This document shows, one piece after another, positions 37,615 to 51,240 of a DNA stretch of 64,000 nucleotides. A program made the translations under genes and the position numbers. Every line of letters starts with the position of its first letter. Within the stretch, counting starts at the first letter, position 1. Origin of the DNA: Mobula hypostoma (lineage: Eukaryota); the NCBI RefSeq assembly GCF_963921235.1, contig NC_086097.1, positions 75,022,001-75,086,000 on the forward strand, given 5' to 3'. The notes beneath the pieces were generated by a model. The model was not told where the DNA came from. It ran no database searches and saw nothing but the letters and a program-made list of their open reading frames with translations.

Positions 37615-38970
37615 TGTAAGGACATGCTGGGATGTCGATTGTTACAGTCGTACATGATGCTGTTGAGACTGTGCTTTGTGCAGTTATGGTTGTCTAGCTA
37701 GAGGAAAGATGTTATTAATCTGGGAAAGTGTGAAGAAGAGATTCACAAGGTTTTTACTGGGCTTGGAGTGCTTGAGTTATAAGAAGAAACTGGATAGGTT
37801 GTGATTTTTTTCCCTAGAGTGCAGGAAGCTGATGGGTGACCTTATGGAAGAATATAAAATCACGAGGAGCAGAGATAGGGTGAACAGTCACATTCATTTT
37901 CCCAGGCTTGGGAAGTCTAAAGCTAGAGTGCACAGGGTAAGGCGTGAAGGGAAAGAGTTAAAGCAAACCCGAGGAGTGGATTTTTCATACAGAGGCTGGT
38001 GGGTATATGGAATGAGCTGCCAGAGGAAGTGGTGGAGGTGGGTGCAATTATGACATTTAAAAGGCACTTGGACAGGTGCATGAACACCATACACAAACAC
38101 ACAGAGTCCTGCTGAGACTTTATAAGGCATTGGTCAGACCACATTTGGAGTATTGTGAGTAGTTTTGGGCCTGATTTCTAAGAAATTATGTGTTGTCATT
38201 GGAGAAGGCCCAGGTGAGGATAACAAGAAGGATCCTGGGAGTGATGAGGGTTGCATATGAAGAGCATTTGATGGGTCTGCTGGACCTGTACTCACTGTCA
38301 TTTGGAAGAATGGTGGCAGTGTGGGGGGTTGGTGAGAGGTGGGTGGGGTGGGGGTGAGGGGGATCTCATTGAAATCTTTTGAATATTGAAAGGCCTAGGT
38401 TGAGTGGAGTTGCAGAAAATGTTTCCATTGGTGGGAGACTCTAGGACCAGAAGGCACAGCCTCGAAGATGTCCCCTTGAAAAAGAGATGAGAAGAAATTT
38501 CTTTAGCCAGGAGATGGTGAATCTGTGGAATTCATTTCTACAGATGACTGTGGAGGCCAGGTCACTGGGCATATTTAAAGCAGTGAGTGATACAAACTTG
38601 ATTCGTAAAGGTGCCAAAGGTTTTGTGGAGAAGACAGAGAATTTGATTGCGCCATAATCTGATTTGATGAGCCAAATAGAGTAATTATGCTCCTATGTCT
38701 TATAGTTTGATGAAGGATCTTGGCCTGAAATATCAACTCTTTATTCCCTTCCATAGATTTTGCCTGACCGCCAACATTTTGTGTGTGTTCCTCTAAATTT
38801 CCAGCATCTGCAGTATCCGTTGTGTCTGTGTTCAGGCACATGAATAGAAAATGTCTAGAAGGACGTGGGCCAAGTGCTGGCAAATGGGACCAACTCAGGT
38901 AGCCAGCCTAGTCAGCATGGATGAATTGGGCTAGCAGACCTATTTCGTGCAGTACAGCTCTCAGACTCTG
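37615..38970 (+). mobile_element. Nested CR1 3' fragments (outer ~37615-38085 and ~38833-38970; inner ~38105-38705)
   Basis: Two separate runs of RPHLEYC / GDL.E.YKI / TRGH motifs and two distinct 3' tails. Confidence 0.75.
38707..38832 (+). mobile_element. Penelope-terminus element with decayed hammerhead
   Basis: TTGATGAAGGATCTTGGCCTGAAATATCAAC...TGCCTGACC...TTCCAGCATCTGCAG. Confidence 0.7.
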
Positions 38971-39004
38971 TGTGTGAAATTATCGTTTGTGGAGGGAAAA
39001 CAAG

Positions 39005-39131
39005 ATAGAAACATAGAAAACCTGCAGCACAATACAGGCCCTTCGGCCCACAATGCTGTGCCGAATATGTACTTACTTAGAAATTACCAAAGGTTATCCA
39101 TAGCCCTTTATTTTTCTAAGCTCCATGTACA
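39005..39131 (-). mobile_element. CR1 3' terminal fragment
   Basis: Same sequence as 2103-2230 and 48214-48340. Confidence 0.8.
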
Positions 39132-39529
39132 TGGAGATATGGAATGTGTTATATGATATAGATGTAGGCAGTGTAAAAGAAATAAGAAAGTACATTCTGT
39201 GCTGTATTTCAAAATAAATACACCAATAAATAAAGTCTTATAGCAGTAGCACATGTAGACAGAATAATATAGGAGCCATTGGATTACTTTCCTCCTTCAT
39301 TATCTGAGGTGAACAGAGAAGTTCTGTGGCAACTGTACTAAAGTCCAACAAAAACAGTGCCTGGAGCACTGTATTTTGTCTGGGTCTAATCAGTACAATA
39401 AGGATTTGATATTACCAAGTGACTTCAAAGGAGATGTACGTTGTCTGCAATGGAGAATTTTCATTATGTGGAAAGAATGGTTAGGCTTGAGTTTTACCTT
39501 TTGGAAGATAACATATGATACTGAAGGCC

Positions 39530-40230
39530 AGCTGTTTCCACCATCTCCCGCACAATTGACAAATCCCTTGATTCCATTTATATTCAAAAATTTCTCCAGC
39601 TCTGTCTTGAATCCATCCAGCACCTGAACCTTCATGGTCTTTCACCGACTTCTGATAAAGCATTTTTTTTTCTCATTGCAGATTGTAATCCCTGGAATTG
39701 TATTCCCCGACTAGAAATATCCAAAATGGGGAGCCACGGTCGCGTAATGGTTAGTGTGAAGCTATTACAGCTCAGAATTCAAATTTGATGCTGTCTATAT
39801 GAAGTTTGTAGGTCCTTCCTGTGACTGTGTGTGGCTTTCTCTGGTGCTCTGGTTACCAGCCACATTCCAAAGATGTACCGGTTGGTCGTTGCTAATTGTC
39901 CTGTGACTAGGCTAGGGTTACTGGGTTGCTGGGTAGTGTGGCTCGTTGGGCTGAAAGGATCTGTTCCACAATGCAACTCTAAATAAAGTAAAATAAATGA
40001 AACATTAACTCTACATCTACCAAATGCTATACGAATTTTGTATACTTCAATGACAGCACTTCTCATTCTTCTGAACTGAAAGGAGGACGAGTCCAGTCTA
40101 CTTAATCTCAGCTCATAGGGGAATATTCTCCCATCTTTGCCAACCCAGGGATCAATCCAATAAATCTTTATTCCATTTCCTCTATTGCAAGAATATCTTT
40201 CCATAAGTCAGGAGTCCAACTTGTATATGG
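39530..40230 (-). mobile_element. Old CR1 3' remnant split by a V-SINE
   Basis: FKTELEKFLNINGIKG and YELRLSRL...FRRMRSAVIEVYKI. Confidence 0.55.
39729..39997 (+). mobile_element. V-SINE
   Basis: tRNA-like head (GTAATGGTTAG), V-domain CCACATTCCAAAGATGTAC, A-rich tail. Confidence 0.8.
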
Positions 40231-40329
40231 AATATCTGAGCTGAAGTTTCATTGGGTTCCCTTCTAACTGTGGTGAGATGTAAGTTCTGTAACATCAGCA
40301 AACTTGGATATCGTAATAATGCTGAGTCA

Positions 40330-41585
40330 GAGTACAGGAAGGAGATTGAGAGCCAAGTGACCTGGCCTCATGACCACAACCTTCCCCGGAATGTCAGCAA
40401 AACTAAAGGAGTTGCTCATTGACCTCAGGAAACAATAATCAACAAGTTCCAAGCCCTAGGTCTCAATACCTCCTTGTGCAACTGGATCCCTGATTTCCTC
40501 ACTTGCAGACCCCAGTCAGTTTGGATTGGCAACAACATCTCCACCACAATCTCCCTCAGCACAGGTGCACCATAAGGCTGTATGTTTAGTGCCCTGATCT
40601 ACCTGCTTTATACTTGTGACTGTAAGGCTAAGCACAGCTCCAATGCCATGCCATATTTAAGTTTGCTGTCGACACCACTGTCTTTGGCCAAATCAAAGGT
40701 GTTGACAAATCAGCATATAGGAGGGAGATTGAAAATCTGGCCGAGTGGTCTCACAGCAACAACATCTCACTCAATGTCAGCAAGACCAAAGAGCTGATTA
40801 TTGACCAGGAGGAGGAAAGCAGAGGTCCAGGGGTTTGTACTCATCAGGGGATCAGAAGTCGAGAGGGTCAGCAACTTTAAATTGTTCGGTGTTATCATTT
40901 CAGAGGATCTGTCCTGGGTCCAGCATGTAAATGCCATTACAAGGAAATCACGGCTGTACCTCCACTTTCTTAGAAGATTGTAAAGATTCATCATGTCATC
41001 TAAATCTTTTGAAAACTTCTATTTATGTTTGGTGGAGAGTATATTGACTTGTTGCACCGTGGCCTGGTATGGAAACACCAATGCCCTTGGACGGAAAAGC
41101 CCACAAAATGTACTGGATATGGCCCAGTCCATCATGGGTAAAGCTCTTCCCACCATTGAGCACATCTGGAAAGCAGCATCCATCATCAAGGACCCTCACC
41201 ATCCAGGACATGCTCTCTTCTCGCTGCTGCCATCAGGAAGAAGGTACAGGAGCCTCAAGATCCGCACCACCAGTTTCATGAACAGTTATTATGCTCCAGC
41301 CATCAGGCTCTTGAACCAGAGGGAATGACGTTACTCAACTTCACTTGCCCATCACTGAGCTGTTCCCATAACTTCTGGACACTTTCAAGGACTCTTTATC
41401 TCATGCAGTTTATCTGCACTGCACTTTCTTTTTTACTGCAGCACTTCATTTTGCGCTCTGTTATTGTTTTACTTTGTACTATCTCAGTGCGCTGTTGTAG
41501 TGGACTGACCAGTATGCGTGGCATGAAAGACAAGTTTTTCACTGTACTTTGTGACTATAATTAAGCAATTTTCCAATTTACCGAT
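40330..41585 (+). mobile_element. Rex1/Babar LINE fragments
   Basis: [55 protein letters not shown]. Confidence 0.85.
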
Positions 41586-43779
41586 TTATTTGGTCCCCTC
41601 ATCCAAAGAACTGGAGCCCTAGTATTAATTTTGTGGCATCCCACAAGTTACAACCAAAGAATAACTTGTTTATTCCTTCTCTCTGCTTTCTGTCCATCAA
41701 ACTATCATCACTCCATACCAGCATGTCATTCGCAATTTCACATGCTTTAATTTTGTTCAATTACTTCTTGTGTGTCAGTTTCTGAAAGCCTCTGTAAGTC
41801 CCAATTCACAACAACCAATCATTTCCTCTCATCTATTCTGCCAGCTAAAACCTTAAACTCCACAGGAGATTTGTGAAACATTTTTTCCTTCCATAAATCT
41901 ATGCTGACTCTGCTTAATCCTGCTATTATATTCTGTGCGCCCTGTTTCCTCTTCCTTCATAATAAATTCTGGACATCTCATCTTCCATGATTACTGGTCT
42001 GTAATTACCCGATTTCTCACCCTCTTTTCTGAAATGATGTGGTCACATTTGCTGCATATAACCATGTAGAAACTATTCAAAAATGGTAGATGATAAGCAG
42101 GATGTGTAACATCTCAAATAAAGCCTTGGTATACAGATATCATTTTCTGGGGAATCATTGACTTGCAATGCCATTTCTGTTACAAAGAAATGAACCCGGG
42201 TCGCTGGTATTGTAAAGCATTTTGCTAACCAGTATGCTGCTGTTATTTACCACTTCACACTTAAGTCATTTATTTAGTTAGCCTCTCAAAATTGAAATTT
42301 GGCAGCTTCACATCATATGTGGCTTCAATTTGGCAGTTAATTTCTAGACTAGTTTGTCCACTTTGGATGACTCAGCTATCTCCCCGAAAGTTTTAAACAA
42401 GTTGTGTTTAAAAGGTTGAGCTATTTTTTCAACTGTCTACTTGTTACATAAAACAATTTTAATACTTTTGATAGCTGGAATCTTCCTACTGAAACAAATG
42501 ATAGATATTCTGCAGAATATTTGCAAAGTTTCAGAAGTATTTTACTTTCCAAATTCCATTGCTAGCTCTGTTAACAGCATCTACACTCTCTAGTCACTTA
42601 AAAAGCAGATTAATTCTTTGCAAGTGAGCAAAATGTATGAATTTTTAAGTGCCTTTATATCATGTAAAAACCTGAGATTCATTAAAATATTTGGTTAAAT
42701 ATAAATGGCCATAGTTTAATGCTACCTGGACTTACTTGTGATTTTTGTATTAATGATAGATCAAGTATCTGAAATTTCCAGCTTTGAGATGTAGCAGATG
42801 CCAGGTTAACAATAAATATCTGCAAAATTCCAAGATACCTCCTAGGTTGAGACTTGCACTGTGCTAAATTAATGATATCAATTTTGTTTTGTAGTGATGA
42901 AGTTTCATACTTACAGCCATCTGTCCCATTGTGAAATGTAATGGGTTCTAGCTCTTAATATAGTAGACAATAATTATGAGATTTAGTTTCAATTAGAAAT
43001 AGGTATCAAGTAACTGATTTTATCATCCTCTTGATTTTATGATATACTTAAAATAGTAATCTTCATAATCCTTTTATGCATCATTTTATGTTTTACTTGA
43101 TACAGTGTCCTTGATCATAATCTAAAGTGCTGCTTGAAATTGCATTGCCTTTCTATTTGAATTTTCCCACCAAATATGAATACTGTTTATGCATTCCTAC
43201 ATGATTCCTCCCCCCACCCCCTGTTGACACCAGCTCTTCTCACCCCTTCTGATCCCATCTCTAATCCTTGCTATGTCTTCACTATTGCCTCCAACATTCT
43301 CCTCACTGAGGCAGAACGTTCTGTCCTCAGCAAGAGCCCAACCTGAGTCCTCCTTCGCCCACAGCCCGGTGAGTTCCGCGTCTGCCATGACGCCGAGCTC
43401 TTCTTCCAGCTCTTTTTCTGTCATCTCCATCTCTGAGCTTCTTCACCCTGCACTCTCCCGTCTCCAACCCTCCTCCTCTTCTTGGACCCCCTGCTCTGGT
43501 TCTCTGCCTGCTCTGGATATTTTTATCTTTAATTGCCGATGAGACATCCACCAGCCCGACTTCAGAACTCCTCTCTCCTCCTCGAACCTTATCCCCTCAA
43601 CACACTGCCCTCTACTCTCTCTGTACCAATCACAATCTCTGTATCGTCAAACCCGCAGACAAAAGAGGTGCTATTGCGGTGACTAACCTCTACTTTGCTG
43701 TGGCCAGGTGGCAACTCTTAGACGGCTCCTCTTACTTACCCCTTGACAAGGACCCCACTCCTGACCTTCAGGCCACTGT

Positions 43780-44256
43780 ATCAGGGACTGAGAGGCTTGT
43801 CATATGAAGAGCGTTTGATGGCTCTTGGCCTCAACTCACTAGAATTCAGAAGAATGAGGGGTGACCTCATTGAAACCTATCGGGTGTTGAAAGGCTTCAG
43901 TAGAATGGATGTGGAGAAGATATTTCCTATGGTGGGGGAGTCTTGGACCAGAGGACACAGCCTCAGAATAGAAGTGCATCCTTTTAGAAAGGAGACAAAA
44001 AAGAATTTCTTTGGGCAGAGAGTGGTGAATCTGTGGAATTTGTAGCCACAGGCCCCTGTGGAGACCAAGTCATTGGGTACATTTAAGGCAGAGGTTGATA
44101 GATTCTTGATTAGTCAAGGCATGAAAGGATATGGGGAGAAGGCAGGAGAATGGGACTGAGAGGGTAAATGGATCAGCCATGATGAAATGGCAGAGTAGTC
44201 TCAATGCGCCAAATGGCCTATTTCTCTATTTCTGCTCCTATGTCTTATGGTCTTAT
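43780..44256 (+). mobile_element. CR1 3' fragment nested in Penelope
   Basis: GLSYEERL...RMRGDLIETY...TRGHSL and a (TCTTATG)n tail. Confidence 0.85.
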
Positions 44257-46112
44257 GATATTCTACACCATTACTTACCTCATCAACACTGGAAACCTCC
44301 CATCTGCTGCCACCAAACTCATAGTTCCATTAGCCCACACTGCTCATTTCTACCTCCTAGCTAAGATCCGCAAACCTGATTGACCAGGTAGGCCCATTGT
44401 CTCTACCTGCTCCTGCCCCACTGAACTTGTGTTTGCATACCTCAAGTCCACTCTATCCCTCTTGGTTCAGTCCCTTCCCACCTATATCCACCACACTTTA
44501 CCTGCTGTTGATCTCCTCAACAACTTTCAATTTCCTGGCCTTGACCGTCTCATTTTCACCATGGATGTCCAGTCCCTATACACTTCTATCCTCCATCAAG
44601 AAGGGGGATAGAGTTAAAGTTCTCTACTTCTTCTCAACAAAAGACCCATCCAGTTCCCCTCCACCACCAATATCCTCCGTCTGGCAGAACTGGTCCTCAC
44701 TCTCAACAATTTCTCTTTTGACTCCTCCCACTTTCTCCAATCTCAAGGTGTAGCCATGGGCACCCGCATGGGCCCCAGCTATGCCTGCCTTTTTGTTGGC
44801 TATGTGGTACAGACAATGTCCCTAGCCTTCCCTGGTAATGCCCCCAACTCCTTCTGCATTACATTGATGACTGCATTGATGCCACTCAGACACACATGCT
44901 GAGCTAGTTAATTTAATCCACTTTACTTCCAACTTCCACCTTGCCCTTAAATTCACTTAGTCCATTTCTGATACCTCTGTCACATTTCTTGATCTCCATG
45001 TCTCCCTTTCTGGATATAAACTGTCTACCACATCTTTTATAAACTTACCAATTCTCATGGCTATCTTGACTATACCTATTCCCACCTTGTCTCTTCTAAA
45101 AATGCTATTCCCTTTTCTCAGTTCCTTCATCTCCATTGCATCTATTCCCAAAATGGTGCTTTCCTTTCCAGAACATCAGAAATGTCCCCTTCCTTCAAGA
45201 AAACGGGGTGTCCCTTCCTCTACCATTGCTGCTGTCCTCACCTGTATCTCTTCCATTTCTTGGACACCTGCACCCACCCCATCTTCCCACTGCCTTGACA
45301 GGGATAGAATTCCTTTTGTCCTCCCATGAGCCACCGCATCCAACATTATTCTCAACAACCTCCGTCATCTTCAATGGGGTCCTATCACATCCTTACCCCC
45401 ACCCTCCTACTTTCCCATTTCTACAAGGATCTCTCCCTCGTGATTCCTGTGTCCATTTGTCCCTTCCCACTAATCTCCCTTCCAGCACATATCACTGGAA
45501 GCAACAGAAATGCTACACCTGCCAATTTACCTCCCCCTTCACCTCCATTCGGGGCCCCAATCAGTTCTTCCAGGTGGGGCAACACTTCACCTGCCAATCT
45601 ATTGGAGTCACCTATTGTATACAGTGCTCCTGATGTGGCCTCCTCTACATTGGTGAGATCCAATGTAAATCAAGGGCCTGCTTTGTCAACCACCTCCACT
45701 CCATCTGCCAAAAATGGAATTTCCCATTCCTGACATGTCATTCCTTGGCCTTCTCTTCTGCCATGATGAGACCACTCTCAGAGTGGAGGAAAAGCACCTC
45801 ATATTCTGTCTGGGTAGCCTCCAACCTGATGGCATGAACATCGTTTTCTCCTTCCGGTAATTTTTCTATTTTTTTTCTTTTTCCCTCTCCCACCACTCTT
45901 CTTCTATTCTCCACTGCAGCCTCTTATCTCCTTCCTCCCCTGCCTATCACCTTCCCCCTCGTGCCCCTCCTTCTTCTCTTTCTCCCATAGTCCACTCTCC
46001 TCTCCTATCAGATTCCTTCTTTGCCAGTCCTTTACCTTTCCCACCTATCTGGCTTCACCTATCAGCTTCTAGCTTGAACTCCTTCCCCTCCCTTCACCTT
46101 TTTATTCCTTTC

Positions 46113-46150
46113 CAGTCCTGATGAAGGAACTCAGCCCAAAACGTCAGCTA
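46113..46150 (+). ncRNA. Minimal type I hammerhead ribozyme motif (decayed)
   Basis: CAGTC-CTGATGA-aggaactcagccc-AAAA-C-GTC. Expected GAAA reads AAAA. Confidence 0.55.
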
Positions 46151-46282
46151 TTTATTCATTTCCATAAATGCAGCCTGACCTGCTGAGTTCCTTTAGCATT
46201 TGTGTGTATTGTTCTGTATTTCCAGCATCTGCAGGATCTCTTGTGTTTGTTGTATACTGCATGATTTGGATATACGTATGTA

Positions 46283-46780
46283 CCACTGAGCACATGTACA
46301 AGAAGCGCTGCGTCAAGAAAGCAGCATCCATCATCAGGAACCCCCCACAATCCAGGTCATGCTCTCTTCTCACTTCTCCCATCATGAAGGAGGTACAGGA
46401 GCCTTAGGACCCACACCTCCAGGTTCAGGAACTGTAATTACCTTTCAACCATCAGGCTCCTGAACCAGCGAGGATAACTTCACTCAACTCAACACTGAAC
46501 TGGTTCCACAATCTACGGACTCACTTTCAAGGACTCTACATCTCATGTTCTCAGTAGTACTTGTTTACTTATTTATTTATTATTATTATTGTCTGTTTTT
46601 ATTTTGCACAGTTTGTCTTCTTTTGCACATTGGCTGTTTGTCAGTCTTTGTGTGTAGTTTTCCATTGATTCAATTGTATTTCTTTGTTCTACTCTGAATT
46701 ACAACAAGAAAGCAAATCTCTGTAGCACATATATGGTAGCATATTCGGACTTTGATAATAAATTTAACTTTGAACTTTGA
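46283..46780 (+). mobile_element. Rex1/Babar 3' fragment
   Basis: CVKKAASIIRNP and a (TTTGAAC)n tail. Confidence 0.75.
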
Positions 46781-46959
46781 ATGACATCTGTTTTTCTTTC
46801 CAGTTACTTGTGTTGTCTTTCAGTGTAAGTTTAGTTCCTAAGTATTTTTTATAGAGTCTCAGTGATTTTGTTCATATCTAATCCATGATTTCTAAGTTGA
46901 ATGTGGCTTTGCTGCAATTCAATAGCTGTTTATCCATTTAAGTAATGAACCAAGATATC

Positions 46960-47060
46960 CCAGGCCCGGTGAAGTGTCTTGGCCTAAAATATTGACTGTT
47001 TATTCCTTTCTATAGGTGCTGCCTGACCTGCTGAGTTCCTCCAGAATTTTGTATGTGTTA
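46960..47060 (+). mobile_element. Penelope-terminus fragment
   Basis: GGTGAAGTGTCTTGGCCTAAAATATTGACTG...GCTGCCTGACCTGCTGAGTTCCTCCAG. Confidence 0.7.
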
Positions 47061-48213
47061 ACGCAGCAAGACATTGCTTCATGAGATTTTGATGTATTAT
47101 GTTTTAGGTAAGACACAAAGAGGCAATACTTCCCATGCAGAGGTCCAAAGCATTGTGCACATAAGCAGAGTTTACACAAGCAACAATGCTATCAATTCTT
47201 TCCTCTGCTATCTCCTGATTTTACTGAAAGCATAGATTGTGGAGAAAAATGTGTTGGACACTAGTTTGAGGGAAGGATGGTATTGATCATAAGCTCTGGC
47301 AAAGGCAATCAAAGGGAAGAAAGATTGGGGTGAGGATATGAACACTGAGAGACCTTACAGGGTTACAGCTGGGGAGATGGTTTGAGGTGAGGGTAATATG
47401 TTGAGAAGATGTCCAGGGAAGCAGAGAACACGATTGAGGGAGTCAAAAAATAGCAAGATTATTAGAGGTGAAGATATCTTGGTAATCAACAGCAGGGAAT
47501 GGATGATCAATAACAGTGACATTAAGGAACAAATTTAATTGGAAGAAGTTGAACTCTTTCAGTCCCAGCCTATCTCCCCACCACCAACCCCTAAACCTGT
47601 TGCCCTGTAGTGATTTAAATTATAAGATGTTGTGTGAAAATTGGATGGATTAGCTCCCAAATACTTGGAGATAATTCCCCATTTGCAGTCTCCTGACAAA
47701 AATTAGAGTGCAAGGGAGCAATCGACAACCACTTTGGAAATGCCTTCGTTAGAGGAAAGAGCAAGTAGTGAGAGTTTGTTGTTTTTCTCTCTGTTTAGAG
47801 GTACACTTTGCTGATTTTGTGAAAATTGATAAGTCAACTTCAGAACTCTCTGCAGACTGCTCATCTAGTGTGCTTAAGCAAACAGTGGGTGCATTGTTTT
47901 ACCCTCCCCCCCACCCCCCCCCGAATTTAGCCACTGACATTTTCCTGCAATGATTGCCTCTGTAGTGACATTGGCAGCAGCACTCAGTCATTGACACCAT
48001 CATTATGGCTTTGACTGACCAGTCAGGAGGTTTGGACAATGATGTATTCATCTGCGCAGAACCTATTCACAATTTCACATCCCACGTGGACCTTTCCGAT
48101 GAACAATGCATTTGCAGGTCAAGCTTTCCAAGGCTGAGGTATGTTATTTTCTTCAGGAAGACCTTCAGCTATGCTCTTGTGCCTGGACTGTATTTTCCAT
48201 TGTGGTTGAGGAC

Positions 48214-49740
48214 ATAGAAACATAGAAAACCTACAGCACAATACAGGCCCTTTGGCCCACAAAGCTGTGCTGAACATGTCCTTGCCTGAGAAATTACCTA
48301 GGGTTACCCATAGCCCTCTATTTTTCTGAGCTCCATATACATATCCAGGAGTCTCTTAAAAGATCTTGTCGTATCCATCTCCATCATCATCACCAGCAGC
48401 CCATTCCATGCACTCAGTACTTTCTGCATAAAAAACTTACCCCGATATCTCCACTGTACCTGCTTCCAAGCACCTTAAAACTGCCCTCTCGTGCTAGCAA
48501 TTTCAGCCCTGGAAAAAAATTGTCTGACTATCCACATGATCAATGCCTCTTATCATCTTATACACCTCTATCAGGTCACCTCTCATCCTCCATCGCTTCA
48601 AGGAGAAAAGGCCGAGTTCATTCAACCTATCCTCAAAAGGCACGCTCCCCAATTCAGGCAACAGCCTTGTAAACCTCCTCTGCACCCTTTCTATGGTTTC
48701 CACATCCTTCCTGTAGTGAGGCGACCAGAATTGAGCACAGTACTCCAAGTGGGGTCTGACCAAGGTCCTAAATAGCTGCAACATTACCTCTTGGCTCCTA
48801 AACTCAATCCCACGATTGATGAAGGCCAATGCACTGTATGCTTGCTTAACCACAGAGTCAACCTGCGCAGCAGCCTTGAGTGTCCTATGGACTCGTACCC
48901 CAAGATCCCTCTGATCCTCCACATTGCCAAAAGTCCTACCATTAAATCTATATTCTGTCATCATATTTGACTTACCAAAATGAACCACCTCACACTTATC
49001 TAGGTTGAACTCCATCTGTCACTTCTCAGCCCAGTTTTGCATCCTATCAATGTCCCGCTGTAACCTCTGACAGCCCTCCGCACTTTCTACAACACCTCCA
49101 ACCTTTGTGTCATCAGCAAACTTACTAACCCTTCTTCACTTCTTCATCCAGGTCATTTATAAAAATCACGAATAGTAGGGGTCCCAGAACAGATCCCTGA
49201 GGCACACCACTGGTGACTGACCTCCATGCAGAATATGACCCATCTACAATCACTCTTTGCTTTCTGTGGGCAAGCCAGTTCAGGATCCACAAAGCAATTT
49301 CCCCTTGGATCCCATGCCTCCTTACTTTCTCAATAAGCCTTGCGTGGAGTACCTTGTCAAATGCCTTGCTGAAATCCATATACACTACATCTACTGCTCT
49401 ACCATCATCAGTGTGTTTAGGTACATTCTCAAAAAATTCAATTAGGCTTGTAAGGCACGACCTGCCTTTGACAAAGCCATGCTGACTATTCCTAATCATA
49501 TTATGCTTCTCCAAATGTTCATAAATCCTGCCTCTCAGGATCTTCTCCATCAACTTACCAACCACTGAAGTAAGACTCACTGGTCTATAATTTCCTGGGC
49601 TATCCTTACTCCTTTTTTTGAATAATGGAACAACACCCTCAACCCTCCAATCCTCCAGAACCTCTCCCATCCCAATTGATGATGCAAAGATCATTGCCAG
49701 AGGCTCAGCAATCTCCTCCCCTGCCTCCCACAGTAGCCTG
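48214..49740 (-). mobile_element. CR1 LINE, 5'-truncated, well-preserved RT
   Basis: ORFs 49125-49694 ([30 protein letters not shown]) and 48503-49015 (RPHLEYC), with an ATAGAAAC-repeat tail. Confidence 0.92.
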
Positions 49741-50309
49741 GTGATGGCAGGCCCACCAGCCGATGGGGAGGAGCAACAGAGCCGAGAGTTTGCAGTGGTT
49801 CGTCAGGTTGTACCAAGGGAATACAGTTACAATTCCAAACAATACCGAGGAGATGAAGTGAAAAGATAACTCCCTGCTTCATCAGAGAGGAGACATGTTG
49901 ACTCTCAAATTCCTTACCACAGTCAGAAGAGCAAATCTCTGCCTTTTCTCCCATTTGCTGCTCACTGTGGCATTAGAGAGAACGCCCACCCTCTGTATTC
50001 ATCAAAAAAGCATCTACTTTGGTTTCAGTGAGAAGCAGGTGGCATCTCAGGTAATGGAAGTTGCTTGCTGTGAATGCAGGTGACCAGTGATGCATTCATG
50101 CCCATAATGGCTCCTATAATAACATGGATCTCTTAATGAAGGTTGCCATTCTGTTGATGTTAAAATGATTGTGGGTCATCAAAAGAATTCCCTGATGGTC
50201 AGTGCCATGTTTCTGGTGACAACACATGACAGCTTCATCCTCAGGGAGATTGGGATTGGGGGTGGGGAGGGTGGTGGGATGGCATATGCAAGAGTTATTG
50301 TTTCAGTAT

Positions 50310-50950
50310 TAGAATCAAAATCTGGTTTATTACCACTGCCATCCCATGAAATGTGTTGTTTTACAGCAGTAATACAGTGGAATAAGTCACAATAAGAAAT
50401 ATTTTAAAAAAGTGTGGAAGTGTTCATGGACTGTTCAGTAATCTGATGACAGAGGGGAAGATGCTGTTCGTAAAACATTGAGTGTGGGGTTTCAGGCTCC
50501 TATGCCTCCTCCCTATTAATAGCAATGGGAAGAGGATTTGTCCTGGGTAGTGAGGGTCCGAAATGCATTTATTTATTTGTTTGTTTGTTTATTTATTTAG
50601 AGATACAGTGCAGAACAGGACCTTCTGGCCCAATGAGCCGCAGCACCTGCAACCCACCTATTTAACCCTAGCCTAACCACATGACAATTTACAATGACCA
50701 ATTAACCCAGCAACCGGGATGTGGTTGGAACGTGGGAGGAAACCAGAGCATCCAGAGGAAACTCACACGTCCATGGGGAGAACATGCAAACCCTTTACAG
50801 ATGGCGTCAGAATTGAACTCTGAATCCCGATGCCTCGAGCTGTAGTTGTGTTGCACTAACAGTTACAGCACTGTGCCGCCTTTCCGAAGATGTCCTCGAT
50901 GGTGAAGCTGGCTGAGTTTAGAACCCTCTGCAGTTTTTCCTGATCTGGTG
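50310..50950 (-). mobile_element. Rex1/Babar 3' fragment split by a V-SINE
   Basis: AGAATCA tail and reverse LLIGRRHRSLK-like motif; resumes at ~50880. Confidence 0.65.
50567..50880 (-). mobile_element. V-SINE
   Basis: (TTTA/TTTG)n tail, V-domain, reverse B-box AGAATTGAACTC. Confidence 0.8.
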
Positions 50951-51056
50951 TATTGATGTTTACTTCCCTGGTACAGTATCTCATACCAATCTATAGTCCT
51001 ACTGAGGCAGGTGAATGCTGATGTAATGAGAGCCGTATAAGTGACAACTCTTGAAA

Positions 51057-51240
51057 TTCAAAACAAAAAACACAGATGCTGGAAATCTACAATAAAAACA
51101 GGATCTATAGGAAGAACTCAGATGTATTTGTGAAAAGAGAAACAGAGTTAATGTTTAAAGGCGTAGACCCTTCATCAGTTTTTTTTTCCCACAGATGCTA
51201 CTTGACTTGCTGAATATTTCAAACATTTTGTTTTAATTTG
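51057..51240. mobile_element. Penelope-terminus miniature element with partial inverted structure
   Basis: CAGATGCTGGAAATCT head, minus-strand CTGATGAAGGGTCT (at ~51164-51177), then inverted CACAGATGCTACTTGACTTGCTGA. Confidence 0.65.

Larger units (their letters stand above)
43200..46250 (+). mobile_element. Penelope-like element (RT + GIY-YIG), decayed, with a CR1 nested at ~43780-44256
   Basis: LTEAERSVLSK, FTMDVQSLYTSI, GVAMGTRMGPSYACLF, YIDD, GVTYCIQCS*CGLLYIGE, a pyrimidine-rich 3' UTR and a terminal hammerhead motif. Confidence 0.9.

Noticed and set aside
39729..39800. tRNA gene
   Set aside because: It is the tRNA-derived head of a V-SINE with no complete cloverleaf; the same applies near 19100, 42200, 50850 and 53170.
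43197..43551. Ser-rich and Glu-rich ORFs
   Set aside because: They are alternative frames or the antisense of the C/T-rich Penelope ORF.
49691..49954. Minus-strand ORF with CSSDCGKEFESQ, resembling an integrase or C2H2 zinc finger
   Set aside because: No second His pair or other integrase motifs; the opposite strand is better explained as Harbinger transposase.
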